A stretch of DNA of 64,000 nucleotides from Octopus sinensis. Lineage: Eukaryota. Every line of letters starts with the position of its first letter. The stretch's first letter is position 1. Below, in pieces: positions 11,181-24,964 of this stretch. Position numbers and translations under genes: made by a program. The stretch spans positions 69,502,001 to 69,566,000 of the forward strand of contig NC_043000.1 of the NCBI RefSeq assembly GCF_006345805.1, in the 5' to 3' direction. The notes beneath the pieces were generated by a model. It was not told the origin of the DNA and ran no database searches. It saw only the letters and a list, made by a program, of their open reading frames with translations.

Positions 11181-11989
11181 ACGATTGTCTGGTTTCTCAG
11201 CCAGAAAAATCTAGCGATCATGGTTACGAATACGTCACGGAAACCGGGTAATCGATTCTTATGAAGCTGGGTATAAAAGAATGCATTCGTGGATATTTGA
11301 TGATTTGGATGTGGGATATTTGGTAGTTCGGATGTGGTGCTAATGAAAGAGCAAGAAACCTCGAAATACGCATATACACCCATTACCTATTCTTCAATCG
11401 CATAGTTTACTTAGACCGATGCGAATGCGAAACGTCGTAACTTTCAGTGCTGGCTCTGAATTCTATACAAAATCTGCAGAGATGAACTTAAAAAGGAGAG
11501 CAACGCATTGCTAACACAAAAGTAAGACACAATATATACCTATAAACCATTGATATACATTCTAGTATATTACGGTTGCAAAACGAAATACTTGTCCTTG
11601 CTAGCAATAAATATTTATATATCAGTTGCTATGCATGTATTTAATATATAAATCGGTCTATCCAGTAGTATTACGCCGTTATACTTAGTATTTAAGCATT
11701 GCATTCATGGATAGTTGATGGGTTGAATGTGATGGTGATGAAAAAGCAATAACTTTTGAAATATCCATATATACACGTTATCTGTTTTTTCCATTCTCAA
11801 TCGTGTTGTTTACAAAGAAGTATTCGTATACGAAACTCGCATCTGAATTCTAACAAAATCTCAAGGTATAAATTTTAATATGCAACGTAAATCACAAGAA
11901 GACAAATTGTGAATTAATGCAGACTTACCTTGTATTCAATATTTCGGGGTTATGACTCCATTTTCAAGAAATTGACGAATGTTACCGAT

Positions 11990-12300
11990 GTGCGTGTGTG
12001 TGAGGGTATGTGGACTGAACATGCACGGAAAAGTATTGCAACCAGCTAGATTTCCTGTAACTGTCTTTTATTGTTGATCTTAGGTTTCTTTTGGTGTATG
12101 AGGATGACCTCAGAGATTCTATGATTGCGCCTGTTCGTCTGTGTTGCCTTGATGTGCACTGTGAATTCCCGGGTCTGGCATTTTCGTAGATGTTTCTTCA
12201 CGGATTACAATGTCCCCTGAAAAGCTAATTTAAATAGTGAAAACCGGTTGGATTCACGACATCCATAAAATATGTTATACATAAAAAACAAAACGTTTTA
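11990..12300. mobile_element. Penelope-like remnant (GIY-YIG C-terminus on -, degenerate hammerhead on +)
   Basis: Minus strand RISEVILIHQKKPKINNK; + strand gtccc CTGAAAA gcta-atttaaa-tagt GAA aaccggtt ggat. Confidence 0.6.
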
Positions 12301-12489
12301 TAAAATGATATTAAGCTATGTGAAACGAAGGCATTTCTCTTCCACTTTTTATGTTTTCCACATATTTTCAACCTATATATATATATATATATGGTCCCAC
12401 ATATTTTCAACTCATAATTTTGTCACGTGGTCTATACTGATTCTCCAGTATTTTTGCATCTTTAATGTATATATATATATATATATATA

Positions 12490-13689
12490 TACGAGTGTAG
12501 GAGGGCGGGGTGACAAGTTCAAAGGCTGATATGAAGGAGTGATGCTAGAGCTGTGAAACATCAAACCTTATTAATTAAAGTCAAGGTTTCTTTCCTAGTA
12601 AACTGACATCTGACTGTCCAGAGAAGACTTCAAATGTAACTAGTAGCGATCTTCCAAGAAACTTGTTAAAATTTGGCATCATGATGTTATCAGGTATCTG
12701 CAGAAAAAGGTTTTTAGTATCCAATGACATACATGCTGATATGATTGAAACATTAGAGGGTGACGTGTCAGCTTTTTCAATAGTGCAAAAATATGTAATT
12801 GAATTTGGGAGGGGAAGGGAGAGGTCTGGATGTCAAGCAACTGTCTCCACCATGGAAAACAATGATCGAGTTCACCATATGCTGATGGATGACATGCGAT
12901 TGACTATCAATCAAATAACCAATGCTATTAGCATATACTGTAAGAGAGTTGATAATATTCTGCGCAATGAACTTAGCATTAGGAAAGGTTACTCTCAGTG
13001 GGTGCTACGTCTTCGGACACCTGATCAAAAGTGCACACGGCTGATCACATTACGGGAAAATCAGACACTGCTTGGAGCAGATCCAGTTGGTTTCCTTGAA
13101 CGTTTCCTAAGCCAGGATGAGTGTTAGGCTCATCACTTTGAAACAGAGAAACAATTCATGCAGTAGAAGCATCCCGTCTCACCTTTTCCAAATAAGGCAG
13201 AGGTTGTTTCATCTGCAGAGAAGGTGATAGCCTCAGTTTTGGGGGGATGCAAAAGACATTGTGCTTATTGACTATCTTCAAAAGAGTCAACTTACTGAGG
13301 CAGTTACGAAAGGCTATCAAGACCAAACGCCCAGGCAAACCGATGAAAGGGGCCTTGATTCATCAAGATAATGCTCCAGCACACACATTTTTGGTTTCAA
13401 TCGATACTGTGGGTGACTGTAGCTTAGAACTGGTTGGCCCTATCTGACTATCATTTGTTTCCCAACATGAAAAACCCCGTAGCTGGGGACTAGTACGGCA
13501 ATGATGATGATGTCATATCTGCTGTTCATGACTTTTTCGACAAACGGTGAAACCTTCTTCACGAATAGGATTCAAGAGCTGCAACAGTGATGGAAGTGTA
13601 TGGACCGCAAGGGGGACTACATCGAAAAATAAATCTCATTCCATGAGGGCATCTTCGTCAGCCTATCTACTTTTTAGCCAGTACTCGTA
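12490..13689 (+). mobile_element. Mariner (DD34D) element, full-length degenerate
   Basis: WVLRL (WVPxL), SQDEC (TGDET), HQDNAPAH, ALSDYHLFPNMKK; ends TACGAGT...ACTCGTA with degenerate TIRs. Confidence 0.9.
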
Positions 13690-13695
13690 TTTTTG

Positions 13696-13696
<1 letters not shown>

Positions 13697-13750
<54 letters not shown>
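13697..13750. repeat. (GA)n microsatellite
   Basis: Direct reading. Confidence 0.95.
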
Positions 13751-13754
<4 letters not shown>

Positions 13755-14639
13755 GTCTTCTGAAACTTTGAGTAAATTGGAACTGTATCAACTTATTGAA
13801 TATTCCAAATACATAAATAAAATGCACTTTTTCTTATTTGTTTACATAACTGTATACACACACATGCACATACATACATACATATACATACATGCATAGA
13901 TACATACGCATATGCATACATACATACTTGCATACATGCATACATACATACATACGTTCATAGATACGTACGTAGTACGTGTGTGTGTATGTATGTGTGT
14001 GTGCATAAAAGCGGATATTGAGACAAAGACAAGTTGCTTTTGCAACTAGGTTACAAACGATTAAGGCAGCTGTTCATACCAATCCCATGAATATAAAATA
14101 TTGGGAAAGGTTCATGAGTTAATAGAACTCTAAAAGCAATTTAAATCTAGAATGGCGAAATATTTCTGGTTTCAGGAAAGTATCATCGTGATCATCATTA
14201 TCATTGTCGTCGTCGGCATTATCATCATCAGCATCAACCCCCCTCCCCACAACAACAAGAACAACAATAAATACCCTATCATCATCATCATCATCATCTC
14301 CCTCATCGAAGGAGCCGTCAATCAAGATTAACAAACACATAAGTATACTTTCTAATATGTTACGTAAAAAGTTAATATTTGAATTATAAATGAAAACTTG
14401 TTGAAATTTGAGATTCGTGTGAAGAAAATAATTAATAAGATCTAGATTAGTGGAACCGTAAGCATTCTTTGAACAAGTTTAAATCTAAATTACAGTATTT
14501 ACATTAATTACACTTAAATTTCCTTTAATCCTTACTGCTAATGAGCAAAATCTGACATAATTCCTCCCATTTGTAACAACTTTATCATTACATCGAAAAT
14601 CTTAGTGTATAAAACGAAAGGCTTTCTTATCCGTACCTT

Positions 14640-14940
14640 CAGGTTTTATTCTGGCTCTCCGTCGGTTACTACGATGAATGTTCCAGTTGATCCGATCAAA
14701 GGAACAGCCTGCTCATGAAATTAACGTGCAAATGGCTGAGCACTCCACAGACACGCGTACCCTTAACGTAGTTCTCAAGTTCAGCGTGACACAAAACTGG
14801 ACAAGGCTGGCCCTTTCAATTACAGATACAACAATTTTTTGACAACTGAGTGGACTGAAGCAACATGGAATAAAGTGCTTTGCTCCAGGACTCAAAGCGT
14901 CACTGGAAATCGAACTCATCACCATACGATCGTGAGCCAC
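14640..14940 (-). mobile_element. SINE-like repeat (third family)
   Basis: Head on minus strand ggctcacgatcgtatggtgatgagttcgatttcc (B box), central ctgagtggactgaagcaac block. Confidence 0.55.
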
Positions 14941-15244
14941 ACTTTTAATACTTTACTACATTATAAAGTAGTACTGGCTTCATCTAGCATCTTCGTGGTT
15001 CTTGCTGCTGTTGTTGTTGTTGGTGTTGTTGTTTTCTGTTGCAAAGAACAAATTCATTTTAATATGGGTATAAGCACTGTATGATTTAAAAGTTCATGGC
15101 TCCAGTGGTGATAACATGGTCTGTCTGTCTGTCAGTCCATTTATTTATTTATCTGTATATCTATCTAACTTTCGAACTATCTATCTACCACTTTCTCTCT
15201 TTCTTTCTTTTTTTTCTCTCTCTCTCAGTATATATATTCTTTTA

Positions 15245-15520
15245 CCAGTTTCAATCATTTGACTGCGGCCATGATGGAGCACCACCTTGAAGGGTTTTAG
15301 TCAAACAAAGCGACCCCAGGACTGGTTTTCAAGCGGTGATAGGTGGGGCGGGGGCAAACACAGACACCAAAACACACTCACATGACGGGCCTTTTTCTTT
15401 TTCCGTCTGCCAAGTCCACTCACAAGGCTTTGTTCGGTCCGAGATTATAGTGGAAGACAGTTGCCCAAGGTGCCACGTAGTGGGACCAAACCTGAAATTA
15501 TGTGGTTGTTCTTATCACAC
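15245..15520 (-). mobile_element. SINE family 2, diverged
   Basis: Shares ccgtctgccaagtccactcacaaggctttg..cccaaggtgccacg with 9853-10250. Confidence 0.8.
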
Positions 15521-15722
15521 AACCACACCATACACACATACTCGCGCGCGCACAGACACACATGTATATATACTTCATAATAATATTAATATAGGTTTTT
15601 GCCGTAATTTTCGTACGTTTATCATTATCAATTTGATAATCGGGTCATTCAATGTCGCGAAAAAAATTAGCCTCTGAAGTTAGTTATTCAAATTTATTTT
15701 TTGATCATTGAATTTTTCACTT

Positions 15723-17535
15723 TGGTTTGATAGTAAATCTGACAAGGGTGGGGCACTGGTCCATTTAGACCAAGCTAAAGCGTTCGATAGGGTTGACCAT
15801 CATTACCTGGTGTCTGTTTGGACTGGGTCTTGGCTTCCTTAGGTGGATCATTCTATTGTATGATAACATCGACTCGATCGTTCGGGTGAACGGTTTTCTT
15901 TCAAAGCGGTTCTGCATCAAACGTTCGGTTCGCCAAGGACGTCCGCTCTCGCCACTTTTGTATTGATGACTCTTGAGCCGTTACTGCGAAAGTTGAGTGA
16001 CATCCTGAGGGAGCTAGTTTGTGGAGGATCAGTTTCGGCGTACGCGGATGACATCACCATCATCGTGACTGAGATGGAATACCTACAGAGCGTAGGTGAA
16101 ACCATTAAGGTTTACGAGACAGTGACAGGAGCAAAAATTAATCGGAAAAAATCGGTCGGCTTGCAACTCGCCACCTGGAGAGGCAAGTCGATGCTTTCGG
16201 ACAGCATCGTGTGACGTTGGATGGAGGGCCCAGTTAAGTTGTTAGAGATCTAGTTTAGTCCAGATCTCCAGGTAGAAAAGAACTGGGCTGAGGTCTCGAA
16301 CAAGGTGACCCACATAGTCAAGACCTGGTCTTGGCTGTAGCTATCCTTGAAAGGGAGGTCGGAAGTGGCCATTGTGTTTATCGCATCGGTCATTATCTAC
16401 CGCCTAACCGTCGTTCCTTGTCCGGATTCGTGGTTGAGCAAGCTGGAACGACAGATCTTCCGCCTCTTGTGGAAAAGCTCGACTCCACTTGTCAGACGTT
16501 CTATCTGCTGTGAAAAACCGTTAAAGGGTGGACTAGGGATGCCTTGGCTGTTGATGTGCAAACATGCGCTGAGGTTGAGGAATCTTTGGCTCCTCCTGAG
16601 TGGTGAACGGGTGTGGTCTCCGTTGGCGAAACGGATGTTTCCCAGGTTCATTAGTTTTGGTGGACGGGAAAACTGGTTTCATCGAAGATCAAAGTTGTGT
16701 ACTTGGTACACGGAATGTCGTAAGGCTCTCCTGCTGTTCCGTCGCTTGGGCAATGCCAGCGGGTTTGGTACAACCTCATCCTTTTATAGTAAGTTAGTAG
16801 AGTCTGGATGTGACGATACCCTTGGGGAGATCCTGGGTCTCGATGATAATCAACAGGTCAGTCTGTTCCAATGGACATTCGGGCCGAAAGACACTAGATA
16901 ACTTCTGGTCATCCCGGCCCATCGGCCTGTTCAAGATGCAAGCAGGAGAGGGAAACCATCCTGCACGCTATTGTCCAGTGTCCGGAGGTGTCAGAAGTGT
17001 GAGCTTACGCACATCTGTTGTCCGATACAAGAATTCTAAAAATTGACCCACTTGTTTTTCTAACGAAAGAAGGTAAGAATTGTTTTCTCTTGGTAGTAGC
17101 AATCACAAGAGAGGAGATATGGAAGTCACGAATGTAAGGATTAGTGACAGGTAATTTCGTCTCTGGTCCCAGGCTGGTGAGATATTTCGCTTCTCACCTG
17201 AAAAGGAAAGTAGGGCTAGAGAGGAGATGCCTGTCGGAGAAAATATTCAAGGACAGATGGATGCGTGTGACACGAGTGTTGAGTGTGACAGAAACCACGT
17301 GAATATGCCATGGGCCTTATTACGAGTATCGGTGGTTGCACGGGGCTCGTAGGGTCGGAGCAAAAGCCCTTTTCACCACATCATTTGTTTTGTCTTTTTG
17401 TTCGTCCATCATTCGATTTTAAAATTTTGTAAACTTTTAAAAGCATCTCAGGGTTTTATCATTAGCCCCGCTTGACACCAAAAATCAAATTGTGTTGTCC
17501 CCTCTGTGTTGGCCCCTGTGTGGGCAATAAAAAAG
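15723..17535 (+). mobile_element. Tx1/L1-clade LINE, 5'-truncated
   Basis: GALVHLDQAKAFDRVDH, SVRQGRPLSPLL, SAYADDITIIV, GAKINRKKSVGL, KGGLGMP; ends ggcaataaaaaa. Confidence 0.9.
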
Positions 17536-17617
17536 TCAGTCATTTTCATTCCAACATTCATAACCGGTCGGTATCAGTTGCATTTTAGATACTTTTCTCT
17601 TACACCAACTTTTAATC

Positions 17618-17990
17618 ATGGAGCCATGCGTAAGGTATATGCGTATATCTGACAAAGATAGGGCAATGCTGGTTGACGCCTTCAAGGGGCATCAAACCGA
17701 TTACCTGTAACTGGCAGATACACATGGCATAAAAAGGAGTACTGCTCGACCCACAGTAGCGACCAACATAAGGTCTGGGAGGCGCCACAATTTTCCCAGA
17801 GGAGGCATCCACCACGTTAAAGTTGATGAGGATCCAGGTAATTATTCATGCCAACCCACTCGCAACCTTTCAATAGATGAAGAGGAACTTAGAGGTAGCA
17901 TTGCCCAGATGGCCACTTGTTTCCGTGTCTGAAATCTCACGGGCTCTAAATGAGGATATTGATAACTATGAAGTTGGTCGAAGACGTCCC
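17618..17990 (+). pseudogene. Tc1/IS630-type transposase N-terminal HTH remnant
   Basis: RISDKDRAMLVDAF..DYL*LADTHGIKRSTAR...PRGGIHHVKVDE...LPRWPLVSVSEISRAL. Confidence 0.7.
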
Positions 17991-18269
17991 AGATGCAAGA
18001 AATACTCCAAGAACTCCGAAACGAATTTGAATGCTCGAAAAGACGCTTCCCCGCATTCCGACTAATTTCAATGCTCTCGAAGTGAATTTTAATGATGTAA
18101 ATGGTAAATTATTTGACTGAAGTGCGAAATTGAATGATCGAAAAATGAATTTGAATGACTAACTTCATGGCGCTAATTTTTTTCGCGACTTTGAATGACT
18201 TGATTATCAAATTAAATGCCAAACGTACGAAAATGACTGCAAATGCCTATAATACTTTCTACTGGAAGC

Positions 18270-18460
18270 ACAAGGCCTCAAATTTGGGCGAAGGGGACTA
18301 GTCGATTACATCGACCCCAGCACTCAACTGGTGCTTAATGTATCGATCTCAAAAGGATGTAAGGCAAAGTAAACCTTGATGGAATTTGAACTCAGAATGT
18401 AGCGGCAGACGAAATACCGTTAATCATTTCGCCAGGCGAGCTAATGATTCTGCCCGAATA
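18270..18460 (-). mobile_element. SINE family 1
   Basis: Reverse complement of ggcagaatc..ctgagttcaaattcc..ggggtcgatgtaatcgact. Confidence 0.85.
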
Positions 18461-18769
18461 ATAACAAATAAAAAGGAATTAATATATCCAGGCAGATATC
18501 TATAAAGCACTCAATGTTAAACGAATGTGGTTAACGATATCCAACAATCAGATACCAATAAATACAAGTAAAATAAACAACCAAAGTAATTCTTTGTGTA
18601 TGACAAGTAAATTCAAATAACGTTTGAAAGGATTTTAAGAAATTTGGAATATACGACAAGAACAAGAATGGAAAAAAATCACATCTTTAATAATTATCGA
18701 AGATCGTCTCTATTGTGCCAGCGTATTTAGGTACAGAAAAAGGTATAAAATACCAATCAAATTTATATA

Positions 18770-19990
18770 ACCGAAAATATGTTAACATATATGTATCTTA
18801 TTAAGGGCACTTGTCCATGTGGTATAATGGGAAAATACTGCCCCACCACCACCGCCACCTTCACCCCAAATACTGTTCCAAATGCAGTGTCCATAACCCT
18901 GGCCCTAAATAAAAATGCACAAAAGGTGACAGGTGCGCTTTCTTCCATCCTAAACTTCGGCAGAATTCTCTGTCGCTAAAGATATAAAATAAAGAGTAAC
19001 AGATAAGTACAACGAAAACAAAATACAATCACATTCCACCTTCTAACACCGACCAACGAAGACTCCAATCTATCAGAAGGAATTATAGAAAAAACATAAC
19101 ATCAAATAAAATAAACAAGCACAAGATAATACCTCATCAAAGTACTAAATTGTTTTTTCTAACTTATCTGGAAAATATGAAGGCCATCCTAAGCCTGAAG
19201 ATTCAACGAGATATCAGCAGTCGTATTTCCAAACCTCTAGGAACCCACCACCATCAACTAGAACAGCTCTGTATAAAAACTATCATCAGTGTTGTCACTG
19301 AAGAACAAAACACATAAAACAAGGTATTTAGCACAATACAAAACAAAAAATCTTCGCTTCGACATCCCTGCTTGATATACGTGGCATCAACACATCACTT
19401 GATGCCCCAAAATGGAAGATTCCGTGCATAAAAAGTTGGCTTGCTGAAATGACAAACTATATCCTTTTCTTCATCCTCACAGAAAGCCACCTAAACAACA
19501 CTGCAGAGGTGAAATAAAAAAAAATTCTTCATCATCCGTGCAGATTGCACAGACCGAAATAAAGAAGGAACAACCATTTTTCTCCATGATTTGTATGCAA
19601 TGGATGCCAAGAAATCCAATGGCTACTGTGAATCCATATTCAACAAGTTTCTCTGAAGTGCTTTGAAGAGTTTCTCTAAAGTCCCTTCCCAAGTTTCTCT
19701 AAAGTGCTTTCAAGAATGTTTCAAAAAGTCGAGTCCTTTCTTCAAAAGTACAATACCAGAAACATATTGATGATGGGTGATTTTAACCTCCTTTACGTAA
19801 ACTGGATTAGAAATACTCTGAAGTTAGTTAACTGCACTACACCAGATCTGGACCTGATATTAACAAACAACTCTAGCTCCATTCATAGCATTTCAGTTGA
19901 AAAACGTCTCTCAGATCACTTTGTAATCTTAGTTTCCTGCATACCAAAACCAAACCAGTAATTCTCGCCCCACTGCATCTATTCGACGGC
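18770..19990 (+). mobile_element. CR1/L2-like LINE 5' half: ORF1 CCCH-type zinc fingers and ORF2 AP endonuclease, degenerate
   Basis: KGTCPCGIMGKYC..HLHPKYC..KCTKGDRCAFFHPKL; ILTESHL, IIRAD, ILMMGDFNL, LDLILTN, SDH. Confidence 0.75.
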
Positions 19991-20034
19991 ATCAATTTTC
20001 ACAAAGCAGACCGGAGAGCAATTAGAAAAGAAAT

Positions 20035-20165
20035 TCATTCACAAGGCTTTGCTCGGCCCGTGGCTATAGTGGAAGACACTTGCCCAAGGTGCCACGCAAC
20101 GCAGTGGGACTGAATCTGGAATCATGTTTGGGAAGCAGGCTTCTTACATTACAGCCACGCCTGCA
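20035..20165 (-). mobile_element. SINE family 2 head fragment
   Basis: cacaaggctttgctcggcccgtggctatagtggaagacacttgcccaaggtgccacg. Confidence 0.8.
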
Positions 20166-20689
20166 TGTATGTATGTATGTATGTATGTATGTATGTATGC
20201 ATGCCTGTATGTATGTATGTATGTATGTATGTATGTATGTATGTATGTATAACAGTTGTAGTTTATCAGTAAAAGCAAATTGTTTGGGGAAATTGACGAA
20301 AGTAAGTTCAAGTTCCTCCAAAGAAGGATATGCTAATTCAGGAAATAAGAACCTGTACATTTGAATCCTGTGTAGTAAATACGTATGCGTCACTGACATT
20401 TGTTCTTATCTAGAAAGGCGGATATTGAGACAATAACAACTTGTCTCCAATCTAGGATACTCCCACGTCTATGGATATGAAATACTTAAACAATTTTACG
20501 TACTTTTGTCAGCTGATATAACTCTAAATCCAGTGAACGAAATATTCTTCGCTTGAGAATGAGTTTATCACCCCGCTACCACTTGCACCGCTTTCACCAC
20601 TTCCACCACAGCCACAATCACCACTATCGTCACTGCAGCCGGCGCCATCACCTTCATCCTTATCCTCCTCCTCATCATCATAGAGAAGT

Positions 20690-21000
20690 TGAAGCAAAAT
20701 GGATGCGACACAAGGATGCTACGAATGGTTCTTAATGTGAATTGGCAGCAACATATGACAAACGAATGCCTTTATGGAGACCTGCTGAAAGTTAACGAGA
20801 AGGTCAGACAAAGACGGCTGCGACTATCTAGTCACTGTGTACGCCACTCTGAACTGAACGCATCATAATTTGTCACGTGGAACCCACTTCATAATGATGT
20901 AAGAAGAGGAAAACGTCGTGACATTCACATCGACAACTAGATTGCAGACCACTGGCCTCGAGGCAGTGATGATGGACCGAGAAGTGTGGCGTGTGGACTT
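20690..21000 (+). mobile_element. RTE/RTE-X LINE 3' fragment followed by (AAT)n (21030-21180)
   Basis: GCDTRMLRMVLNVNWQQHMTNECLYGDL..RQRRLRLSSHCVRH...MMDREVWR. Confidence 0.85.
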
Positions 21001-21045
21001 TGTTGCTGTGGCTCAGTTTGGAACTTGGTAATAATAATAATAATG

Positions 21046-21098
<53 letters not shown>

Positions 21099-21114
21099 AT
21101 AATAATACTAATAC

Positions 21115-21177
<63 letters not shown>

Positions 21178-23974
21178 TAACCTAGCAAAATCCTAATAGA
21201 TCGGTTCAATTTATTGCTAACGCATAAACTACACCGTCTATTTCCTCAGAAACGCAAATCTCGCAGTCTATATGTCTAGGTTATCTACGCTATCTAGACT
21301 ATTGTATATCTTCAAATATCCCCAGAAATGGATATAACTACAACATATATGTCGTAGCTACTTTTCCTTACCTATTTCTCTCAACTGAATATCAGTAGAA
21401 AGATATCTCTTTACTCAGGTTCAATGCCTCCTTTACTCAGTTCTATAAATTCATGTTTCTATTGCCTCTCTGATATTCCTTCAACCACCAAAAATATTTG
21501 AATACCTACATTGAAAAGATCTATTTTATATCACCCGCCTCCTTGAAATCATTAAATTCTGTTACTTCAATGTTCACAACTCGTCTTTCTCGGTCACTCT
21601 TTGTAGGCGCTGTTGGTACAGAAACCGAATGTTTTGCTATTTGGAACTCTGTGACAGTTAATACCATTAATCATCCGAATCACTAACCGACACAAACACC
21701 TTGAAACCACTTTTGATCTCTTTTGCCGTAAATCTCAGCATTTTACTAACTTATTTACTCTTTCGAAGCTAACTTATTTCTCAACCAGTACCTGATCTGA
21801 TCAAAACTACCTGCCACTTATACACATATTATAGAACGTAAGAAATTCAAGTAGGTAATTGAAACTATCTCCTCAAACATGCTCCATTCATATTCTTTTT
21901 CATGCTCAAAACCACGAGTCTTCCAAATGGTTTTCCCACAGTGTAACAGCAGTACAATCAAACAACGTGAGTAACTTTTACCTGCTACTCAAAATTGTGC
22001 AAGACCCACACCTCCAAGTTGTACAAGGCTGACAACTTGAAAGCCCTTCCATCAGGCATTCCTTTTAGTCCTTTTTCAAGAGAATTTTTACTAATATTAC
22101 TGAATCCACTTCTCCCGAAACAAAATGGCTCCGTAAGTAGTACTCTCACGGAGGAAGCTTCCATATTTTCTGCCAACACTGCATCCTCCTCAGTTATATA
22201 TAGAGTGTAATCTCCCCATCACAACATGAATTTTACTACTAAGTATACATAAGCATCTAATACGAACATACATCCGGTCACTGCAGGGTCGTCAGCCCTG
22301 ATAAGGTTCTTTCTATTTCTAGCATCCTCAGTGTACTTTAATGCTAGCCTCTTTCTTCGTCAATCTCTTCTACCGTTCTCTCTCTATAATAATTCATTTT
22401 AACCTTTGTAAACATGGTTTAGTGTGTTCAATCCAGTTGAGCAAGTCTTCTGCCTCTTCAGCTATTGACTTATCGCATTCAATTCTAGCACGTGATAAGT
22501 ATGGCAAGTAATTGCTCGCCCTACTTTAATAGCCCTTTAGTGACTATAAATACAGTATCAATAGAACCAGATCTAACGTGGATTAGTTTCCATGTATCAC
22601 TCACATATAGTACTAGATCCATGATAATGCCAGTAAAATGATATTGCATTTAATATTTAACGATGTCTGAAAATATGCCCTTCCATTTTCAAAGATGTGG
22701 CTTCAATTTTAAGGGAAATTTGACTATTGCTTCTAGAAGTAGGAGAGACCACGTGAAGGCTTCCTCCTATAACCACGTCTCTAACGAGAACCATCTAGTT
22801 AAGTCTGCACACTTATAGTTTTCATCAGTCCTCCATCTCATAGAACACGTTGACAGGCCAGTCAGTCTCTGACTCACATTATATAAATTTTTTATTCGGT
22901 TACTCCCTAATACTCCTCCTATTGTACATTAGTAATCTACTTACAACGCTGATACCACTCTTCACAGATACTACTCTTCACTTTCTACTTTCATGGTGAA
23001 AAACTTCGAAAATATTCTCAAATGGAGACCACGAAAGTCTTTTCTTTTTGGACTGCGCAGCAACTTCATCATAGCTGATAGAAAGAAAAATATTTGCAAT
23101 AACGCTGTTATTTATTCATATGAGGGGGCTGTGGAATTCATGATTTAGCCGCCTTTAGTCTAGTTTCAGGGCTTCACTTACAGAAGTTAACAAAATTACA
23201 TAATTAAAAATTTTTTTTTTTATTTGAAATCAATGTTTAAACTATTTGACTTCAAGGAACTCAAAGCACATATGTAACCATCTGGGTTATTGGAAACTAC
23301 CAGTTCGTTTCATTGTAACGAACACATTATGAATTGATATTTTATTTACACCAGTTTTAATTAGAACGAAGTTTAAAATGACGTGATAAAAGTTTTCTTC
23401 AATGTTATGTTCATGATACAAACATTTTGCGAGATATCAAAATGTTACAAATGAGGAATTTTTCTGCCATTCCTAAATAGTAATCTCTTAAAAATTTTGG
23501 GTGGATGGCATTAAAATCTTTCAATGAAATAGTAATTTAAAGATTTGATTTCAGTCGTTTTTATTCAAGATAATGAATTAAAATTTGAAAACTGTAATCA
23601 TAATATAATTCTTCTTCTCACAACTTTTGTAAGTTAGCGTGTGCTAACTTGGGTAGTTATCACTAAAAATCGTTTGCGACAGTAAGTTGTTACTTACATT
23701 TATGAATTCTTAGCTTGCTCTCCTGACATGGATAATTCTGATGACCGTCATCTGTATGAGCTACTAATGAATAAAGCTACTATTATCTCAGTAAGAAAAT
23801 TGTTGTTGTTGTAGTTGTTGTTGTAAGCAGTTTTTACTTAAATACAAGACATCGTGGGAGAGAAAAATGGTGTGTTGTGACGTTTATGCACTTCCAGTGT
23901 TTAACCTCTGGGCCACTCTGCTTACCATACCAATGGTTTGAGACAATGGTATGTTCAGCTATAATAAAATGAGT

Positions 23975-24048
23975 GTTTCTTCTTCTTCTTCTTCTTCTTC
24001 TTCTTCTTCTTCTTCTTCTTCTTCTTCTTCTTCTTCTTCTTCTTCTTT
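23975..24048. repeat. (TTC)n microsatellite
   Basis: Direct reading. Confidence 0.95.
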
Positions 24049-24099
24049 GTATTATTATTATTAAAATTGCAGGCCTTGAGCCAAAATTTGAAATCATTA

Positions 24100-24760
24100 T
24101 TATTATCATATACACTCAACAGATTCGACTGTTGGAAAAGAAAAAATTCTAACATCGGGCTACAACAAGTAAAGTTAGATGCCAAGAACTCTCCTAAATA
24201 TCCTAGCTGTCCCTAATAACACTGTTTTCTGCAGCTGTACTAAACTGGGTTTTACGCCTATTTCCTCTATCCATCTGTTCAGATCTTTAGGGATAGTTCC
24301 CAATGCACCTATAACTACTGGGATACATTTTACCTGCACTTTCCATAGTCTCTCTTATTCAATAGCTAGGTTCAGATACTATTTTTTCTATACTTCTCAT
24401 ACTAATGTTTTCCTCATTTGGGACAGTGAAGTCAATTATCTGGCACTTTCTATTCTCTTTATCTGCTACTGCCAAATCAGGCCTTCTAACCTCTATTACT
24501 CTGCCAGGCTGAATGTTAAAGTCCCACAACATCTTATATTTCTTACTGTCTAGTACACTACGAGGTTCATGTTCATACCATTTATCAGTATGTTCAAATC
24601 CTAGCTTTCTACATAGCTCCCAGTGGATTACTCTCCCTAGTTTGTCATATCTTTTCTTGTATTCTTTGTGCCAGCATGCTACATTCACTTACTATGTGAG
24701 TAACGCTTTCTTCATTTGATTTGTATAATGTACATTGGAAATCTACTTGCTTTTTGTTTA
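24100..24760 (-). mobile_element. R4/Dong family D 3' fragment (RLE domain)
   Basis: YKKRYDKLGRVIHWELC...LWDFNIQ..RRPDLAVADK..CQIIDFTVP; C-terminus QKTVLLGTARIFRRVLGI*. Confidence 0.85.
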
Positions 24761-24964
24761 TCTTGGCTTTTATCTAATTAGTCCTTAATGCTTGATCTTT
24801 TGCAGCTACTAATAAACTTTCTGTCTCCCTTCTCAGCTTTCCTTTCTTCAACCATAACCATGTCTCACTACAACTATTTGTTGCAACTATCTTTGGGAAT
24901 CTACCATGCAACGCCTTCTGTCAGTCAGATAATTTATGTTCTTTTTTCTGTATTATTATTATTG

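Larger units (their letters stand above)
15592..18249 (+). mobile_element. Tc1/IS630-like DNA transposon with ~140-bp TIRs and TA flanks, interrupted by a LINE
   Basis: 15592-15722 is an inverted copy of 18115-18249 (tttgataatc..gtcattcaa.gtcgcgaaaaaaattagc); TA on both sides. Confidence 0.8.

Noticed and set aside
14008-20445. Shared motif gcggatattgagacaa at ~14008 and ~20417
   Set aside because: Only ~25-30 bp similar; probably fragments of a common dispersed repeat that cannot be classified.
21200-23000. Possible very old L1/Tx1 RT on the minus strand
   Set aside because: Only faint motif echoes (WKG..GGVGL; RWFSLE); not enough to call.
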